The notes: generated by a model from the letters alone, not told the origin. Counted from the first letter of the stretch, positions 47,298-59,313 are shown. The stretch: DNA of 64,000 nt from Thermodesulfobacteriota bacterium (GCA_049320885.1 JBMORA010000009.1:256001-320000), one strand, 5' to 3'. Program-made: numbers and translations.

Positions 47298-48194
47298 ATG
47301 AGAATAGTGACACGACCCGATTTTGACGGCATCGCCTGCGCGGTGCTGCTCCATGAGGCGCTGGCCATTCAGGAACCGGTTACATGGGTTGAACCCAATG
47401 ACATGCAGAAAGGCCGGGTGGTCATTCAACCGGGCGATGTAATCGCCAATTTGCCCTATCATCCCGCATGCTCCTTGTGGTTCGATCATCATTTTTCCAA
47501 TCGGATCGACACCCCGTTCCAGGGAGAGTACCGGATCGCCCCGTCCGCCGCCGGGATTGTTTTTGATTATTATAAGGAAAGATTCAAAAAAGACTTCGGC
47601 GAATTGGCTGCGGCGGCGGATAAAATCGATTCCGCCGATCTTTCCAGCGATGAAGTGCTCCAGCCGGAAAAATATCCATATATCCTGGTTTCCATGACCG
47701 TCAAGGGCCACCAGAAGGAGGACGAACCCTACTGGAACACCCTTGTCGACCTGTTCCGGGAACAGGAACTATCGGATATCTGCGGGCATGGGGAAGTCCA
47801 GGCCCGATGCCAGGCGGTTATCCGCGAGAACCGGCTGTTCGGAGAAATCCTGCAACGGCACACCACGGTGGACCGGCATGTATCCATCACGGATCTGCGA
47901 TCCTTTGACCGGGCGCCGAGCGGCAACCGCTTCCTGGTGTATTCCCTTTTCCCCCAGGCGGTGGTCAGCGTGAAAATCCGGTACGACGATCGGAACCGGG
48001 AAAAAATCATCGTCAGCGTGGGTCACAGCATTTTCAACCGCAATTGCCGGGTGAATGTGGGAAAGATGCTGTCGGCCTTCGAGGGCGGCGGCCACAGGGG
48101 GGCCGGAGCCTGCAGCTTCCATTACAGCAAAGCCGATGATTATATAAATGAAATTGTTGAAATACTGCTGCGGAATGAACCCAATGATCCTTGA
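47298..48194 (+). CDS. DHH/DHHA1 family phosphoesterase
   Basis: RIVTRPDFDG, FDHH, PSAA, DKIDSA, GGGHRGAGAC. Confidence 0.88.
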   Translation: MRIVTRPDFDGIACAVLLHEALAIQEPVTWVEPNDMQKGRVVIQPGDVIANLPYHPACSLWFDHHFSNRIDTPFQGEYRIAPSAAGIVFDYYKERFKKDFGELAAAADKIDSADLSSDEVLQPEKYPYILVSMTVKGHQKEDEPYWNTLVDLFREQELSDICGHGEVQARCQAVIRENRLFGEILQRHTTVDRHVSITDLRSFDRAPSGNRFLVYSLFPQAVVSVKIRYDDRNREKIIVSVGHSIFNRNCRVNVGKMLSAFEGGGHRGAGACSFHYSKADDYINEIVEILLRNEPNDP

Positions 48195-48207
48195 GCGGGA
48201 GCATCCG

Positions 48208-49449
48208 TCAAGATGATCTGGAAGGGAATTCCACATAAAAGTGCACACCCCGGCCGGGGATGCTTTCACACCGCAGTTCGCCTTTCAGTTTTCGGACAAC
48301 CAATTCATGAACCACGTGCAGTCCCAAGCCGCTGCCGCCTTTGCCGCGCCTGGTCGTGAAAAACGGTTGGAAAATTTTATCTAGATGTTCCCGGGGGATT
48401 CCCCGACCGTTGTCCTGATAATGAATGCGGACGTTACCATTGGCCGGCGCTGCCTGAATTCGGATTTCATTCCCTTGGGTTGTCTCAAAACCATGGACCA
48501 GGGAGTTGGTCACCAGATTGGTGATGATCTGGCACAGGGCGCCCGGGAAGCTGGTGAGCACCATTTTCTCGGGGCATTCGACCCGAATGGCATGGGGAGG
48601 GGTGCGCATACGGGGGGACAGACTGACAAGGATTTCCTCCAAATATTCCTTCAGGTCAAAAGCCCGCGGTTCATCGCTGCATTGGTCGACGGCCACCGTC
48701 TTGAAACTTCTGATCAGCCTGGAAGCGTTGCCGAGATTGAGCTGGAGCATATGGAGCGACTCGAAAACGGTTTTGCAGAACTTGTCGACATCCGCTCGTT
48801 TCAGGGCTCCGTTCAAAAACTCCCGGTGCAGTTTTTGGGTGAGTTCCTGCAAATGGGAGGTGACGGTCAGGCCGATGCCGAGGGGCGTGTTGATTTCATG
48901 GGTCGCACCGGCGACCATGCTCCCCAGGGCCGCCATTTTTTCCGCCAGGATCAGCTGATCCCTGGCCTGTTGGATGGTATCGACGGAATTCCTCAGCTCC
49001 GCGCTTTTTTCGATCAACTCCCGGGTTCTTTCCGCCACCAGTCTTTCCAGATGATCCCGGTGTGATTTCAAATCAAGATGGGTCCGGATTCTCGCCCCGA
49101 TGACGGCGGGCCGGAACGGCTTGGTGATGTAATCCACCGCACCCAGGGAAAATCCCATGGCTTCGTCTTCCGTATCGCTTCGGGTGGTGATGAAGATCAC
49201 CGGAATATCGCGAGCGGCCGGTTCCGATTTGATCCGACGGCAAACCTCATGACCGTTCATTCCGGGCATGACGATATCCAGCAGAATCAAGTCCGGCGGA
49301 TGCTCGGACATGGCGATTTCGACGGCCGTCGATCCGGAGGCGGCGACCCGGATCTCGTAGTCATGGGACAGCATTTCCCCAAGCAGGATCAGGTTCAGGG
49401 GCTCATCGTCCACAATCAGGATTTCCGCTTTTTTATCAGGATCGGTCAT
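48208..49449 (-). CDS. hybrid response regulator-histidine kinase (REC-HisKA-HATPase)
   Basis: [52 protein letters not shown]. Confidence 0.93.
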   Translation of the reverse strand: MTDPDKKAEILIVDDEPLNLILLGEMLSHDYEIRVAASGSTAVEIAMSEHPPDLILLDIVMPGMNGHEVCRRIKSEPAARDIPVIFITTRSDTEDEAMGFSLGAVDYITKPFRPAVIGARIRTHLDLKSHRDHLERLVAERTRELIEKSAELRNSVDTIQQARDQLILAEKMAALGSMVAGATHEINTPLGIGLTVTSHLQELTQKLHREFLNGALKRADVDKFCKTVFESLHMLQLNLGNASRLIRSFKTVAVDQCSDEPRAFDLKEYLEEILVSLSPRMRTPPHAIRVECPEKMVLTSFPGALCQIITNLVTNSLVHGFETTQGNEIRIQAAPANGNVRIHYQDNGRGIPREHLDKIFQPFFTTRRGKGGSGLGLHVVHELVVRKLKGELRCESIPGRGVHFYVEFPSRSS

Positions 49450-52267
49450 GGCGCTCTCCATTTGTTCCGGCGATAACAGCTACCCGCCGCGGGGTCTCTT
49501 CCTCGGGTTGGATTTTTTTCATCAGGCCAAGCACCGTGGCGGCTCCTTGCCGGAAATCAAAGCTCTCCACCTGCTGCTGGAGAATCAATAAATCATCGTG
49601 GAACGTGGCCTGTGTCCAAAGCCGTTTCTTGATGGCATTGAAATACGCCAACGAACGATAGTTGTTACCCAGCAGAAAGGTTTTCAGCTGTTCCAGCTCG
49701 GGGATGGTCACCGGCGTCGCCATCATGGATTCCACCTGCGCGGTTCCCGGCTCCTTGGGTAGCAGCGGTCCGATCTTCGATACGGCATCCCCCAGGCGGC
49801 CGATGGCCGTCCGGTAATGTTCCAGGCTTTCCTGAACCCTCGCCGCGGCAAATTCGGGATTCGGTTCGGCCAGGGCGGCCTCGATTTCTTTGACCGCGGT
49901 CCGCACCGCATTCGCTCCCAGATTCGCGCTGACACCGCTGATGGTATGAAGAAGCTCACCGGCCGCCCGGAGGTCCTGATGTTCAATTGCATGCCGGAGG
50001 GTGTCGGCGGAATCCCGGTATTGCTTCAAAAAGGCTTCCAGCAGGCTGCGATAGAGGTCGTTTTTCCTGCCGACCCGTTCCAGGCCGGACCGGAAATCAA
50101 GGACCTCCTCCGAATCAGGCGGCCGGGGCCGCAGATCCACCGAATCCACGGGAAGGGCCCGCAATCCCGGAAGCCATTTTTCAAGGCAGGTGAACAACTG
50201 GTCCGCATTGATGGGTTTGGTGATATAGTCGCTCATTCCCGCGCCCAGACATTTTTCACGGTCGCCGGGGGTGGCGCCAGCTGTCATGGCAATGACTGGA
50301 AGGTTCCGAAGCCGGAGGCGGTTGCGGATCAACCGGACCGCCTCCAAACCGTCCATTTCCGGCATCTGGATGTCCATCAGAACCGCATGGTAGGTGCGCT
50401 CCTTGATCCGGTCAACTGCCTCCCGGCCATTGCCGGCCACATCCACTGAAAAGCCGAGATGTCGCAGCATTTCGGAAGCCACCATCTGATTGACGGGATT
50501 GTCCTCCACCAACAGAAGCTGAAACGTTGCCGTGGGCGTCATTTCGGGACGGGGGCGGTGATCCGGCTGGATATCCGCTGGCGGGGCGGCCGGCATTTTT
50601 GCCGTCATGGCTTGAATGTCGTCGGCCGCGGCTGTTTTGAAAGCGACTGCAAAGGAAAAGGTGCTGCCCTTGCCCGGCTGGCTTTCCACCCGGATGTCGC
50701 CATTCATCATCCGGGTGATCCGGCGGCAGATGGCCAGGCCGAGTCCGGTTCCGCCGTACCGGCGTGTGGTGGTTCCATCCGCCTGGGTGAAGGCTTCAAA
50801 TATCTTTTCAAGTGCCTGGGGTTGAATGCCGATGCCGGTATCCTGAACGTGGAACAGAATCCCGGTTTGTTCCCGGGATTGAAACTCCGGCTGGACCGTG
50901 ATGCGGATGGCACCCGTATCCGTGAATTTCAGGGCATTGGAAACGAGATTGAGCAGCACCTGTTGCAGGCGGAACGGGTCGCCGACGACCACATCAGGAA
51001 GGGCGGGGCTGATGGATACGATAAAGTCCAGTTTTTTTTCAGCTATCTGGGGGCGGTACATCTCGGCGGTGACCTCCACCACCTCCCGGACGGAGAAAGG
51101 GATGGATTCGAAGGCGAGCATCCCGGCCTCGATCTTGGAAATGTCCAGGATGTCGTTCATCAAGGTCAACAGGGATTGCGAGGAAGCGCTGATGATCCTC
51201 AGGTACTCGGCCTGTTTCGGCTGCAGACAGGTGCGCATGACCAGGGAACACATGCCGATGATGGCATTCAGGGGCGTCCGGATTTCATGGCTGATATTTG
51301 CCAGAAAATCGCTTTTGGCCCTGGCCGATGCTTCACTGGCGGCTTTTTCCCGCTGCAGGCGCTGGTGGGTGGCGGATGTAAAGGCCACGATGATTCCAAG
51401 GCCGATGGCGAAAGCCATGATCAGGACGACCACCAGCTGGGTGGCGGCGACATCTTTTTCCACGGCCTTCCGGGCCAGCTGCATTTCCTTCCAGCCGCCG
51501 ATGTAAATTTTGTTGGCCAGGCCTGCGATTTCCGGAGCGATGGGCAAAATCGTGGTATTGACCTCTTCTTCCATTTTCCGGGAAACCGAGACGATTCCCT
51601 CCATATAATCCCGGTAATCCTCCACCGCCAGGATCAGTTTCCGCACGCGGCTGTCCGACAGCGGCGACAGTTCGGCCAGCACTGTGTTCAGGAGTGCCAG
51701 GGTTTCCTCCGCCTGGGCTGGATTGAATTCCGTCAGATATTGCTGGAAGCTGAAACGCGCCTCGTCAAAGCGGTGATGACAGTCGGGCGGTGCCAGGTTT
51801 TCGGCCGCCAGCCGCTGAAGATCGGTGTGGATTTCCTTCCCGAGACGGCACAAGGCCTCCTTATTGCTGTTGCGGGCGCGGTAGCGGATGACGACATTGC
51901 GGTATTTGGAAATGTAGTGTCCGGTCAACGCCCGAATGCGCTCGATGGAATCGCGGATTTTCGGATCGGCAATCCGTTGGGCGGCGCTCCGCAGAATGGT
52001 TTCCGCTTCCCGCATTTTTTTTTCCGCTTCCTGATTGTCCTCTTCCTTGTTGAGGTAGAGGAATTTTTCCACCGCCGTGCGCATGCCCAGGATGACCGTT
52101 TCAATTTCATATGCCAGGCTGAGTTTCGCGAAAACCTCCCTGGTCAGAAAGTTGACGCGGGTCTCGAGGGACTTGGCCTGAAAAATGGAAATGGCGGACA
52201 TCAGCGCAAACAGAAAAACCAGGAGCACATAACCGGTGAACTTCAGTTTTCGGAGGCTGATTTTCAT
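49436..52267 (-). CDS. membrane hybrid sensor kinase (periplasmic sensor-HisKA-HATPase-REC-Hpt)
   Basis: Two TM helices; [54 protein letters not shown]. Confidence 0.94.
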   Translation of the reverse strand: MKISLRKLKFTGYVLLVFLFALMSAISIFQAKSLETRVNFLTREVFAKLSLAYEIETVILGMRTAVEKFLYLNKEEDNQEAEKKMREAETILRSAAQRIADPKIRDSIERIRALTGHYISKYRNVVIRYRARNSNKEALCRLGKEIHTDLQRLAAENLAPPDCHHRFDEARFSFQQYLTEFNPAQAEETLALLNTVLAELSPLSDSRVRKLILAVEDYRDYMEGIVSVSRKMEEEVNTTILPIAPEIAGLANKIYIGGWKEMQLARKAVEKDVAATQLVVVLIMAFAIGLGIIVAFTSATHQRLQREKAASEASARAKSDFLANISHEIRTPLNAIIGMCSLVMRTCLQPKQAEYLRIISASSQSLLTLMNDILDISKIEAGMLAFESIPFSVREVVEVTAEMYRPQIAEKKLDFIVSISPALPDVVVGDPFRLQQVLLNLVSNALKFTDTGAIRITVQPEFQSREQTGILFHVQDTGIGIQPQALEKIFEAFTQADGTTTRRYGGTGLGLAICRRITRMMNGDIRVESQPGKGSTFSFAVAFKTAAADDIQAMTAKMPAAPPADIQPDHRPRPEMTPTATFQLLLVEDNPVNQMVASEMLRHLGFSVDVAGNGREAVDRIKERTYHAVLMDIQMPEMDGLEAVRLIRNRLRLRNLPVIAMTAGATPGDREKCLGAGMSDYITKPINADQLFTCLEKWLPGLRALPVDSVDLRPRPPDSEEVLDFRSGLERVGRKNDLYRSLLEAFLKQYRDSADTLRHAIEHQDLRAAGELLHTISGVSANLGANAVRTAVKEIEAALAEPNPEFAAARVQESLEHYRTAIGRLGDAVSKIGPLLPKEPGTAQVESMMATPVTIPELEQLKTFLLGNNYRSLAYFNAIKKRLWTQATFHDDLLILQQQVESFDFRQGAATVLGLMKKIQPEEETPRRVAVIAGTNGERHDRS

Positions 52268-52277
52268 GAGCGGGCGT

Positions 52278-53756
52278 CTAGAACCGGATATCTACCAGCA
52301 GGTAATAATTGGTTGTCTTCATATCGCTCTCCCGGGGCTCGCCGTACAACGGACTGAAATAATCATGGTCCGCCAGAATCGCGCCGGCTCTCAGGAACAT
52401 GGTGTTCTTGTGCAGCGGCTGGATATAGTAGAGTTCCCCGGCATGCCCCCGGGTGGCGAGCTTGTTGAACAGGCTGCCGCTGCCGGAAGAAAGCAGCCCC
52501 AGCCAGTATTCGGAGCCGTAATTGTATTCAAGGCCGACCCTGGGGAAACGGAGAAAAGACAGCGGCAACTGGTAGCGGACGCCGGTGAACACACCGTGGC
52601 CCTGCAGATCATCGCCGATGGTTCCGCTGATGTTGTCGGAATAGATGCTGGCTTCATACCCATTTTCGAAGAGGGTTCCGGAGGGGGCCAGATCCATGCT
52701 GATGTGGGTATAGGCGCCGAACCAGTCCAGACCCGATCCCGCAAGATCATTGAACTGCAGATGCAGCGTGGCCATATCCGCGTAGCCGGTACTTTCGGGA
52801 TAGCTTACTATTCCGGGCAGGTCTTTCAGGGGGGCCAGATCCATGCGGACGTAACTCAGCCAGAGCAGGGAGCTGCGGACGTATGGCACTTCCGTTTCAA
52901 AAGCCGCCCCCATGCCGCGCACATCATCAAAATCCAGCGTGCGGCCCATGTACCGCAGGTAGTGCTGCTGGAATTTGGTGTAGACCAGCCGGAACATGCT
53001 GTTTTTGAGACCGGTCAGGCGGTCCAGCGACAGGGAAGCGATGAGACCGTCGGCCTCCACATCGTTCAGCATCACCGGCCAAGTGGATTTACGGGTGGTG
53101 TTGTCCTTCAATTCATTGGGAGGGCCGTCACTTGCCGGTAACCGGCCGAAGGTGATTGACAGCGGCGTTCCTTCGATAAAATAATCGATGTAAGCCCTTT
53201 CCACATGCAGGTCGCCTTCCGGGTCCGGGAAGCTGGGGTAGCTCCAGTCGGACGGCTCCTGGTCGAAGGTGTATTCGCCAAACAATTTATAGTAGGACAG
53301 CCGGCCGTGAAAAATGATGTTCTCCCGGATGTCCGAGCGAAGGCTGATACGCAGCCGGTTGGACCAGACTTCCTCGGCGCTGCCGTCGACCGTTTCGCCC
53401 GCGAAGGAGAGGTCCTGGTGCCGGATGGTCTCCAGACGGGTGCGGAATTCGCCGGTGAGTTTGATTTTATCCAGAATCGATTTGGTTTCGATGGTGTCGA
53501 GCCGGGAGGACATGTCGTCCAGTTCCTCCTGAAGGATCCCCGCCTGCTCCGTGGAGGACGGCCGGGTTTCCGTCTGGTTGGGTCCTTCCTGTTGCGACGC
53601 CGGGTCAACGGGCGGGGCGCTGGAATCCATCCGGTCCGGACCCGAATCCGGGCTGTTTTCCAAAAGGTCGCCCTTGGCCGGAACGGCGGCGATCAAGATC
53701 AAAAAGGCGAACAGTGGTGTCAGCACCGCCCGAGACGACCATACCCATTTGTGCAT
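52278..53756 (-). CDS. DUF3373-like outer-membrane beta-barrel protein
   Basis: Signal peptide, short coiled coil, [34 protein letters not shown]-terminal DIRF. Confidence 0.72.
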   Translation of the reverse strand: MHKWVWSSRAVLTPLFAFLILIAAVPAKGDLLENSPDSGPDRMDSSAPPVDPASQQEGPNQTETRPSSTEQAGILQEELDDMSSRLDTIETKSILDKIKLTGEFRTRLETIRHQDLSFAGETVDGSAEEVWSNRLRISLRSDIRENIIFHGRLSYYKLFGEYTFDQEPSDWSYPSFPDPEGDLHVERAYIDYFIEGTPLSITFGRLPASDGPPNELKDNTTRKSTWPVMLNDVEADGLIASLSLDRLTGLKNSMFRLVYTKFQQHYLRYMGRTLDFDDVRGMGAAFETEVPYVRSSLLWLSYVRMDLAPLKDLPGIVSYPESTGYADMATLHLQFNDLAGSGLDWFGAYTHISMDLAPSGTLFENGYEASIYSDNISGTIGDDLQGHGVFTGVRYQLPLSFLRFPRVGLEYNYGSEYWLGLLSSGSGSLFNKLATRGHAGELYYIQPLHKNTMFLRAGAILADHDYFSPLYGEPRESDMKTTNYYLLVDIRF

Positions 53757-53771
53757 ACATGACCTCCGTTA

Positions 53772-54104
53772 CTATTTCATTCCGGCAGCGATGGGGCGGT
53801 CCGAGTCCGCGGCATGTTCCATGAGATATTGTTGAATTTTAGATCGCTCTTCCGGGGTGATCAATTGATGGATATCCTGTTTGCGCTGATGTTTTTCCCG
53901 GGAAAAAAAGCGTTCCCATTGAACCGCGGCGAATTTGACCGGCGCCATCACCGGCGCTTTGCCGCCTTCCGCGTGACAGGCGCCGCATTTGCCGTAAAAC
54001 AACTGTTCGCCGTCCATGGTATCCGCGATGGCATCGGCCGCAAGCAAGGCCGCGGCGACTGTAAGGATGAGGATAGGGATGGTCCTGGGCGCTAATGGAT
54101 TCAT
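53772..54104 (-). CDS. small periplasmic monoheme cytochrome c
   Basis: Signal peptide, single CGACH, QWERFF, YLMEHAADSD. Confidence 0.85.
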   Translation of the reverse strand: MNPLAPRTIPILILTVAAALLAADAIADTMDGEQLFYGKCGACHAEGGKAPVMAPVKFAAVQWERFFSREKHQRKQDIHQLITPEERSKIQQYLMEHAADSDRPIAAGMK

Positions 54105-54378
54105 GGCGATATCACACCGGTATTCGCTATCGGGGATGAAAACAAACGATCCGGGCTGACGGCGCAACCGCCTGAAAAAATATATTGAAATAAAAAGAAA
54201 TTTAGATGAATCGGTCGGGGCGGTCGTGGCTGCGCAAACGCGTGTGGTGCCTGCCGAATGGATTCATCATACTATTTTTCGGCGAGGATGGCAATCCCAG
54301 AAAGCCGCCCGCGTTCCCCTGTAAGGAAATGTCGGTGAAACGCGGGCGAAGGCAATTTCAGTAGGACGGGGTGCGGGT

Positions 54379-55446
54379 TCAAACCGGCACTTTTTCGATC
54401 CAGCCGTCGGGAGCCGCGGCTTTGCCATACTGGATGTCGGTAATGGCGCTGAAAAATTTTTCCGCCACCGGGCCGACGTTTCCATGACCGATTTCAATCC
54501 GTTTTTCGCCGAATTGGATCAGCCCCACCGGCGAAATGACCGCCGCCGTGCCGGAACCGAACACTTCCTGCAATTTCCCGTTGCGGTGGGCTTCGAATAC
54601 TTCATCGATGGCGATGCGTCTCTCCGAGGCCTTCAGGCCCCATTTTTTGGCCAGCTGCAAGACGGAATCCCGGGTGATGCCGGCCAGGATACTGCCGTTC
54701 AGCATGGGGGTTACCAGTTCGTCGCCGATCACGAAGAAAATGTTCATGGAACCGACTTCCTCCACGTATTTCAGTTCCACGCCGTCCAGCCAGAGAACCT
54801 GGGTGAATCCGTTACGGTGGGCCTCCTCGCCGGCGTACAGACTGGCGGCGTAATTGCCGGCGGTTTTGACATGTCCGACGCCGCCGCGGACCGCGCGCAC
54901 ATGCTCCCGGGTGACCCAGATTTTCACCGGATTGAAGCCTTCCTTGTAATAGGCCCCCACTGGCGACAGGATGATAAAAAACCGATAGGTATGGGAAGCC
55001 CGGACCCCGAGAAACGGGTCCATGGCGATGATGGTGGGGCGGATGTACAGGGAGGTTCCGACGGTCTTCGGGACCCAGTCTTTTTCCAGGCTGACCAATT
55101 GTTTCAAGGCCTCAAGGGCCAGGGATTCGTCGAATTCGGGGATGCATAGCGCCTTGGCCGAGCGGTTGAACCGGCTGAAATTGTCCCGGGGCCGAAACAG
55201 GTTGATATCGCCGTCGACCGCGTGGAAGGCCTTCAGACCCTCGAAGATGGCCTGGCCGTAATGAAACACCATGGTGGACGGATCAGCCTGAATGGGTGCG
55301 TACGGCTCGATGCGCGGGTTATGCCACCCGTTTTTCAAATCATAGTCCATATTGAACATATGGTCGGTGAAGACGGTGCCGAAGGTCAGCTGGGAATCCT
55401 CCGGATGTGGGTTGAGCTGTCTGCTTTTGGTGAGACGGATTTGCAC
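54379..55446 (-). CDS. ilvE: branched-chain amino acid aminotransferase
   Basis: FGTVFTDHM, HYGQAIFEGLKA, LYIRP, KTAGNYAAS, EEVGSMN, ILAGITR, GSGTAAVISPV. Confidence 0.96.
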   Translation of the reverse strand: MQIRLTKSRQLNPHPEDSQLTFGTVFTDHMFNMDYDLKNGWHNPRIEPYAPIQADPSTMVFHYGQAIFEGLKAFHAVDGDINLFRPRDNFSRFNRSAKALCIPEFDESLALEALKQLVSLEKDWVPKTVGTSLYIRPTIIAMDPFLGVRASHTYRFFIILSPVGAYYKEGFNPVKIWVTREHVRAVRGGVGHVKTAGNYAASLYAGEEAHRNGFTQVLWLDGVELKYVEEVGSMNIFFVIGDELVTPMLNGSILAGITRDSVLQLAKKWGLKASERRIAIDEVFEAHRNGKLQEVFGSGTAAVISPVGLIQFGEKRIEIGHGNVGPVAEKFFSAITDIQYGKAAAPDGWIEKVPV

Positions 55447-55560
55447 GGAAACCTCCAGACTGTTTCGTTATTAGGTTAGATCCGGTATATCGGTTCCAAA
55501 CCTATCGACACCGGAAGCGGAAATCAAGGAATATATTTCGAAGCGCGGGCGGGCGTGATC

Positions 55561-55606
55561 AAGAGAACGTGCCCGTGGACGCGTCCGTCCACGGGCACGT
55601 GAAAAA
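55561..55606 (-). terminator. probable intrinsic terminator
   Basis: Perfect 15-bp stem ACGTGCCCGTGGACG/CGTCCACGGGCACGT (55567-55600), 4-nt loop, TCTCTT tail on minus strand, downstream of 55661-56872. Confidence 0.7.
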
Positions 55607-55660
55607 ACAACGGGTGGTGGATGGCAACCGGAGATCCGGACCGTTGTTACCGGCGGGATG

Positions 55661-56872
55661 CTAGTAGCGATAGATCGTTCCGATGGTGATCCCGGTTGCT
55701 TCGATTTCATCAAGCTCGAAGGTTTTATTGATGCCCAGGTTGAATTCAAAGGCTTCCGACGGGAAATAGGACGCGGAAAGGCCAGTGTAGGTCTGGGCGC
55801 TCCGGTCGCTGTCGATATCGTCGCTGATGAAATTGGAACGGATCACTTCCATGTTCACGGAAAAGGAATCACCGATGGGAAGGCCGAAATTGAACCCGTA
55901 GGACAAGGTCTGCACCGGATCCAGGTCGTTCAGCCAGTCGATGGCCTCTTCCACGAATTCATTGTCTGTATCCAGCATTCCCGAATCCAGGCTCGCCTTG
56001 GTGATTTTATAATCCAGCCCCAGATTCAGACAGCCCCCGAATCCGAACAACATTTCCACGGAGGTGAAGACGCCGCCGCCGTATTTGTAATTGCCGGATT
56101 GGTCGATCATATCGGATTGCAGATTATAAACATCGCCCATGATATCGGCGCCTATGTTCCAAGTGACCGTCCGGCCCTTGATCACCGGATATTTGGTATA
56201 TAAATCCAGGCCGAGAAAATGGGAGGACGAGTCGATTTCATCATCGACGGACATATATCGGTAGGGCAGCAGAAAGCCGAATTCCAGATCGCTTTCCGCT
56301 GTATGGGTATAGCCCAACATGAGGGAACCGGCCTGGCCGTCGTTGCTGTTGACCTCGAGGACATGGTATTCGAGGGCGCCTTTGAAATCATTGTTCAGTT
56401 TTTCGATCTGGTCCCTTTTGGAGGCAGGAACCGCGGTTTTCAGTATTCGTCCCGAGAACATCCCCTGGGACATGATGGCGTCGTCGGATATGCCCATGGC
56501 CGTAGCTATGCCGCCGGGGAAAATGACATTCAGGATGGCGTCGGCGTTATCCTCGGCCCAGGTTTCCAACTGCGCCCGGGAGGTAACACCCGGAGGGGTT
56601 TGCAGCGCCAGGTTGCCCTTGCGGTCGTAAATCTGGAGAGGCCCCCGCATGAACTCGGTATCATCCCATTTGCCGTCCAGATTCGTGTCATTCCAGCCAG
56701 CGGAGAGCTTGGCGCTGTAAATTGTCGGTGAGACGGATTTTTCTACGCCCGTACCCGACACATTGTAATCGATCAGGTCGAAAAAATCCTCGGCCCCGGC
56801 CGGACCGGCCCAGACGCCCATGAAAACCACTGCCGCAAACAGAATACCCCGCTTTACCAGATTGTTTCTCAT
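55661..56872 (-). CDS. putative outer-membrane beta-barrel protein
   Basis: GGAGG RBS, signal peptide AGA, alternating aromatic/Gly strands, terminal IGTIYRY. Confidence 0.65.
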   Translation of the reverse strand: MRNNLVKRGILFAAVVFMGVWAGPAGAEDFFDLIDYNVSGTGVEKSVSPTIYSAKLSAGWNDTNLDGKWDDTEFMRGPLQIYDRKGNLALQTPPGVTSRAQLETWAEDNADAILNVIFPGGIATAMGISDDAIMSQGMFSGRILKTAVPASKRDQIEKLNNDFKGALEYHVLEVNSNDGQAGSLMLGYTHTAESDLEFGFLLPYRYMSVDDEIDSSSHFLGLDLYTKYPVIKGRTVTWNIGADIMGDVYNLQSDMIDQSGNYKYGGGVFTSVEMLFGFGGCLNLGLDYKITKASLDSGMLDTDNEFVEEAIDWLNDLDPVQTLSYGFNFGLPIGDSFSVNMEVIRSNFISDDIDSDRSAQTYTGLSASYFPSEAFEFNLGINKTFELDEIEATGITIGTIYRY

Positions 56873-56974
56873 CGCCCCTCCTAATACTGTTGTCATGGTT
56901 GGTTTTGTTATGATATGGATAACAATCGAAAAATATTATTTACCACGGTTATAATCGGTTGGTACGAATTAAGG

Positions 56975-57658
56975 ATGACAATGATGAACTATAGCATTCG
57001 GCAACTTGCTTTTCAAGAAGAACCTCCCCTGCGCCAACAGACTCTCCTGATGATGTTTTTTTCGGTTTGTTTGCTGGTGTCATGCGCCACGACCACACCC
57101 GAAGTCGCGGAAAACGATCTGGCGAACCCGGCGGGTCAACCCGTTGTCTTTCCCGCCTACACGGGGCCCAAAACCCCCCTGGCTGTTCTGCCCATGGGAC
57201 TGTCGGAAGCAGCGGCCAAGCGGTATCCCCATCTGCTGGAGAAATCAGTGGGGCTCGGCATCCACAACGTGCTGTCGGATACTTTGTATCAGAGCGGCCG
57301 CTTCCGTTTTGTGGAGGACAAGGAATCGGTGATCAAGGACATGCTCGAACGCCAGAAACTGAGCATGACGGGCCTGGTGGACAAGGAATACGCCATCAAT
57401 ATCGGCAAAATGCTGGGCGCCAAGAAGGTGGTGTACGGCGAAGTGTTCGATTATTCGGAAGGTAAGGAAGAAAGCATCTCCGGCTTCAGCAAATCAACGA
57501 CGCCGCGGGTGCGCGTGGGCGTCCAGATCCGGATGGTCGATCTGGAAACCCTGGAATATATCCCGGCTTCGGCCATCAAATACGGAATGGACTGGGGGGA
57601 TGCCAGCCGGGCCGCCATCGAATCCGCCGTCCTAACCATGGTTCAACGGTTGGAATAG
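56975..57658 (+). CDS. CsgG/HfaB family lipoprotein (start uncertain)
   Basis: Lipobox LVSC, YTGPKTPLAV, LYQSGRFRFVE, IGKMLGA..VVYGEV, VQIRMVDLET. Confidence 0.82.
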   Translation: MTMMNYSIRQLAFQEEPPLRQQTLLMMFFSVCLLVSCATTTPEVAENDLANPAGQPVVFPAYTGPKTPLAVLPMGLSEAAAKRYPHLLEKSVGLGIHNVLSDTLYQSGRFRFVEDKESVIKDMLERQKLSMTGLVDKEYAINIGKMLGAKKVVYGEVFDYSEGKEESISGFSKSTTPRVRVGVQIRMVDLETLEYIPASAIKYGMDWGDASRAAIESAVLTMVQRLE

Positions 57659-57665
57659 CCGGATT

Positions 57666-58316
57666 CTACCACAGTTGTTCCACCGCGGCGTCAATGGCTT
57701 TCTGGGTGGCGCGCCCCAGAGAGGTCTGGTCGAAATAGATTTTATTGTCCCGGATGTCATAAAACAGCGCCGAGGAGTCGGTGGCCGCCTCTCCTTCTCC
57801 CCGGGCGGTCTTGATCTCCGCGTTCTTTTCCTGCAGATAGATCTCGATCTCAATTCTCACCATGGTGCGCGCCTTGGAAAAAATTCCTATCATCCCTTTG
57901 GAGCGGCTGATGCCGCAATGAATGATTTTGGCGTAGGCCACGGCATCGGAATGCAGTTCCTCCGAGATCCGCGCCGCGTCGGCCGGTGTATGGAACTGAT
58001 CCTTACCCGCCCACTGGCGCTGGATCATGCCATTGATCGCTGCGATGATTTCCGGATTGTTCTCGATGGGAACATATCCGCCCGTGTCGAACAGTTTCTG
58101 CAGCAGCAAGGAGGAGATCCCGTGGCCGATGAGCTGGTTTTCCAATTCCGGCCGGTCGACTTCGTTTTTCACGCCGATAACCACCAGTGATTTCGCTGGT
58201 GATTTCGTTTCCGCGGAAGACAGGGGGGCCGGCGGAAGCAGCAACAGGCTGACAAGGAGTACCGGGAGGAAACCCCGGAAGTGAATGGTCGAAAAGGCGG
58301 CGGAACGGTTCTTCAT
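57666..58316 (-). CDS. exported CsgG/TolB-N-like fold protein
   Basis: Signal peptide, IGHGISSLLLQKLFDTGGY..IE, SDAVAYAKI, LGRATQKAIDAAV resembling the neighbour's pattern. Confidence 0.6.
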   Translation of the reverse strand: MKNRSAAFSTIHFRGFLPVLLVSLLLLPPAPLSSAETKSPAKSLVVIGVKNEVDRPELENQLIGHGISSLLLQKLFDTGGYVPIENNPEIIAAINGMIQRQWAGKDQFHTPADAARISEELHSDAVAYAKIIHCGISRSKGMIGIFSKARTMVRIEIEIYLQEKNAEIKTARGEGEAATDSSALFYDIRDNKIYFDQTSLGRATQKAIDAAVEQLW

Positions 58317-58387
58317 GATGGATTCCCTCACGGCATGCTGAAATGATATTCATCGTTGACCACGGGACAAAGCATATGCCGGGACTG

Positions 58388-59263
58388 TCACCGTGTCAAG
58401 CGTCCGTCCGGTTCCAGGAAGGCGGCGATGGCGTCATCACGGACCCGGTTCGGCCGGAACAGAATGGAATAATGATCGGCGTCCTGGATATCGACGCAGG
58501 CGGACCGGGGCATGGCCCGGACCATGGCCCGGGCGGTTTCCTCCGGCAGGAGAATGTCGTCTTCCGTAAGCAGGCCTTTGAGGGCCCTCAGGATCAGAAC
58601 CGGGCAGGTGATCCGGGGGTAAAGCTCCGCCGGATCCGTGGTTTTCATATTCTCGATTTCCTCCAGAATATGGGCGGCATGGATGTTGGAACGCACGCCT
58701 TCCGCCGAGGTCTCGATTTCATAGCGGAAATAGGTCTCGAGCCGGGGCGACCAGGGGTGAAAGAAAGGCGCGGTTTTCAGGCTTGCCAGATAACGCTCAA
58801 CCGATGGAAACAGCTTCCCCAGCCGATCCAGGGACGGTTTGATGCCGGCCAGGACTTTTTCGCGGTGTTCCTCCGGCAGGACTCCGCCGCCGTCCAAAAG
58901 GACGAGTCGGTCCACGCGCCGGGGATGCCGGGCGGCAAACGCCAGCGCGATGAGGGCTCCCAGGGAATGTCCCATGAGTACAGGCCGCGCGAGTTTCCGG
59001 CTTTCCATCAGGGCAAGAAGGTCCCGGCAGTGATGCGCAACGGAATATCCAGCCGGGGGTTTGTCCGAATTCCCCCGGCCCCTCAGATCCGGGGCGATGA
59101 TCCGATGGGGCGGGGCCATGGCCTCGGCCAGGAGATCCCAGCAGCGGCAATTGGCCGTCAAGCCGTGGATGCAGAGGACATCCCTGCCGTCCGCCCCCTG
59201 CCAGACGGCAATCCGCATGTCGATTCCGTCGCCTTTTTCGGTTGTCATTACAGGTTCGGGCAT
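58388..59263 (-). CDS. alpha/beta hydrolase
   Basis: IHGLT, DLRGRGNSD, nucleophile GHSLG, CPVLILRA, ADHY. Confidence 0.92.
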   Translation of the reverse strand: MPEPVMTTEKGDGIDMRIAVWQGADGRDVLCIHGLTANCRCWDLLAEAMAPPHRIIAPDLRGRGNSDKPPAGYSVAHHCRDLLALMESRKLARPVLMGHSLGALIALAFAARHPRRVDRLVLLDGGGVLPEEHREKVLAGIKPSLDRLGKLFPSVERYLASLKTAPFFHPWSPRLETYFRYEIETSAEGVRSNIHAAHILEEIENMKTTDPAELYPRITCPVLILRALKGLLTEDDILLPEETARAMVRAMPRSACVDIQDADHYSILFRPNRVRDDAIAAFLEPDGRLTR

Positions 59264-59313
59264 GATCACCTCGAATGCGGGCATGGTGATTCGTGGTTGC
59301 AACACCCGCCGGC

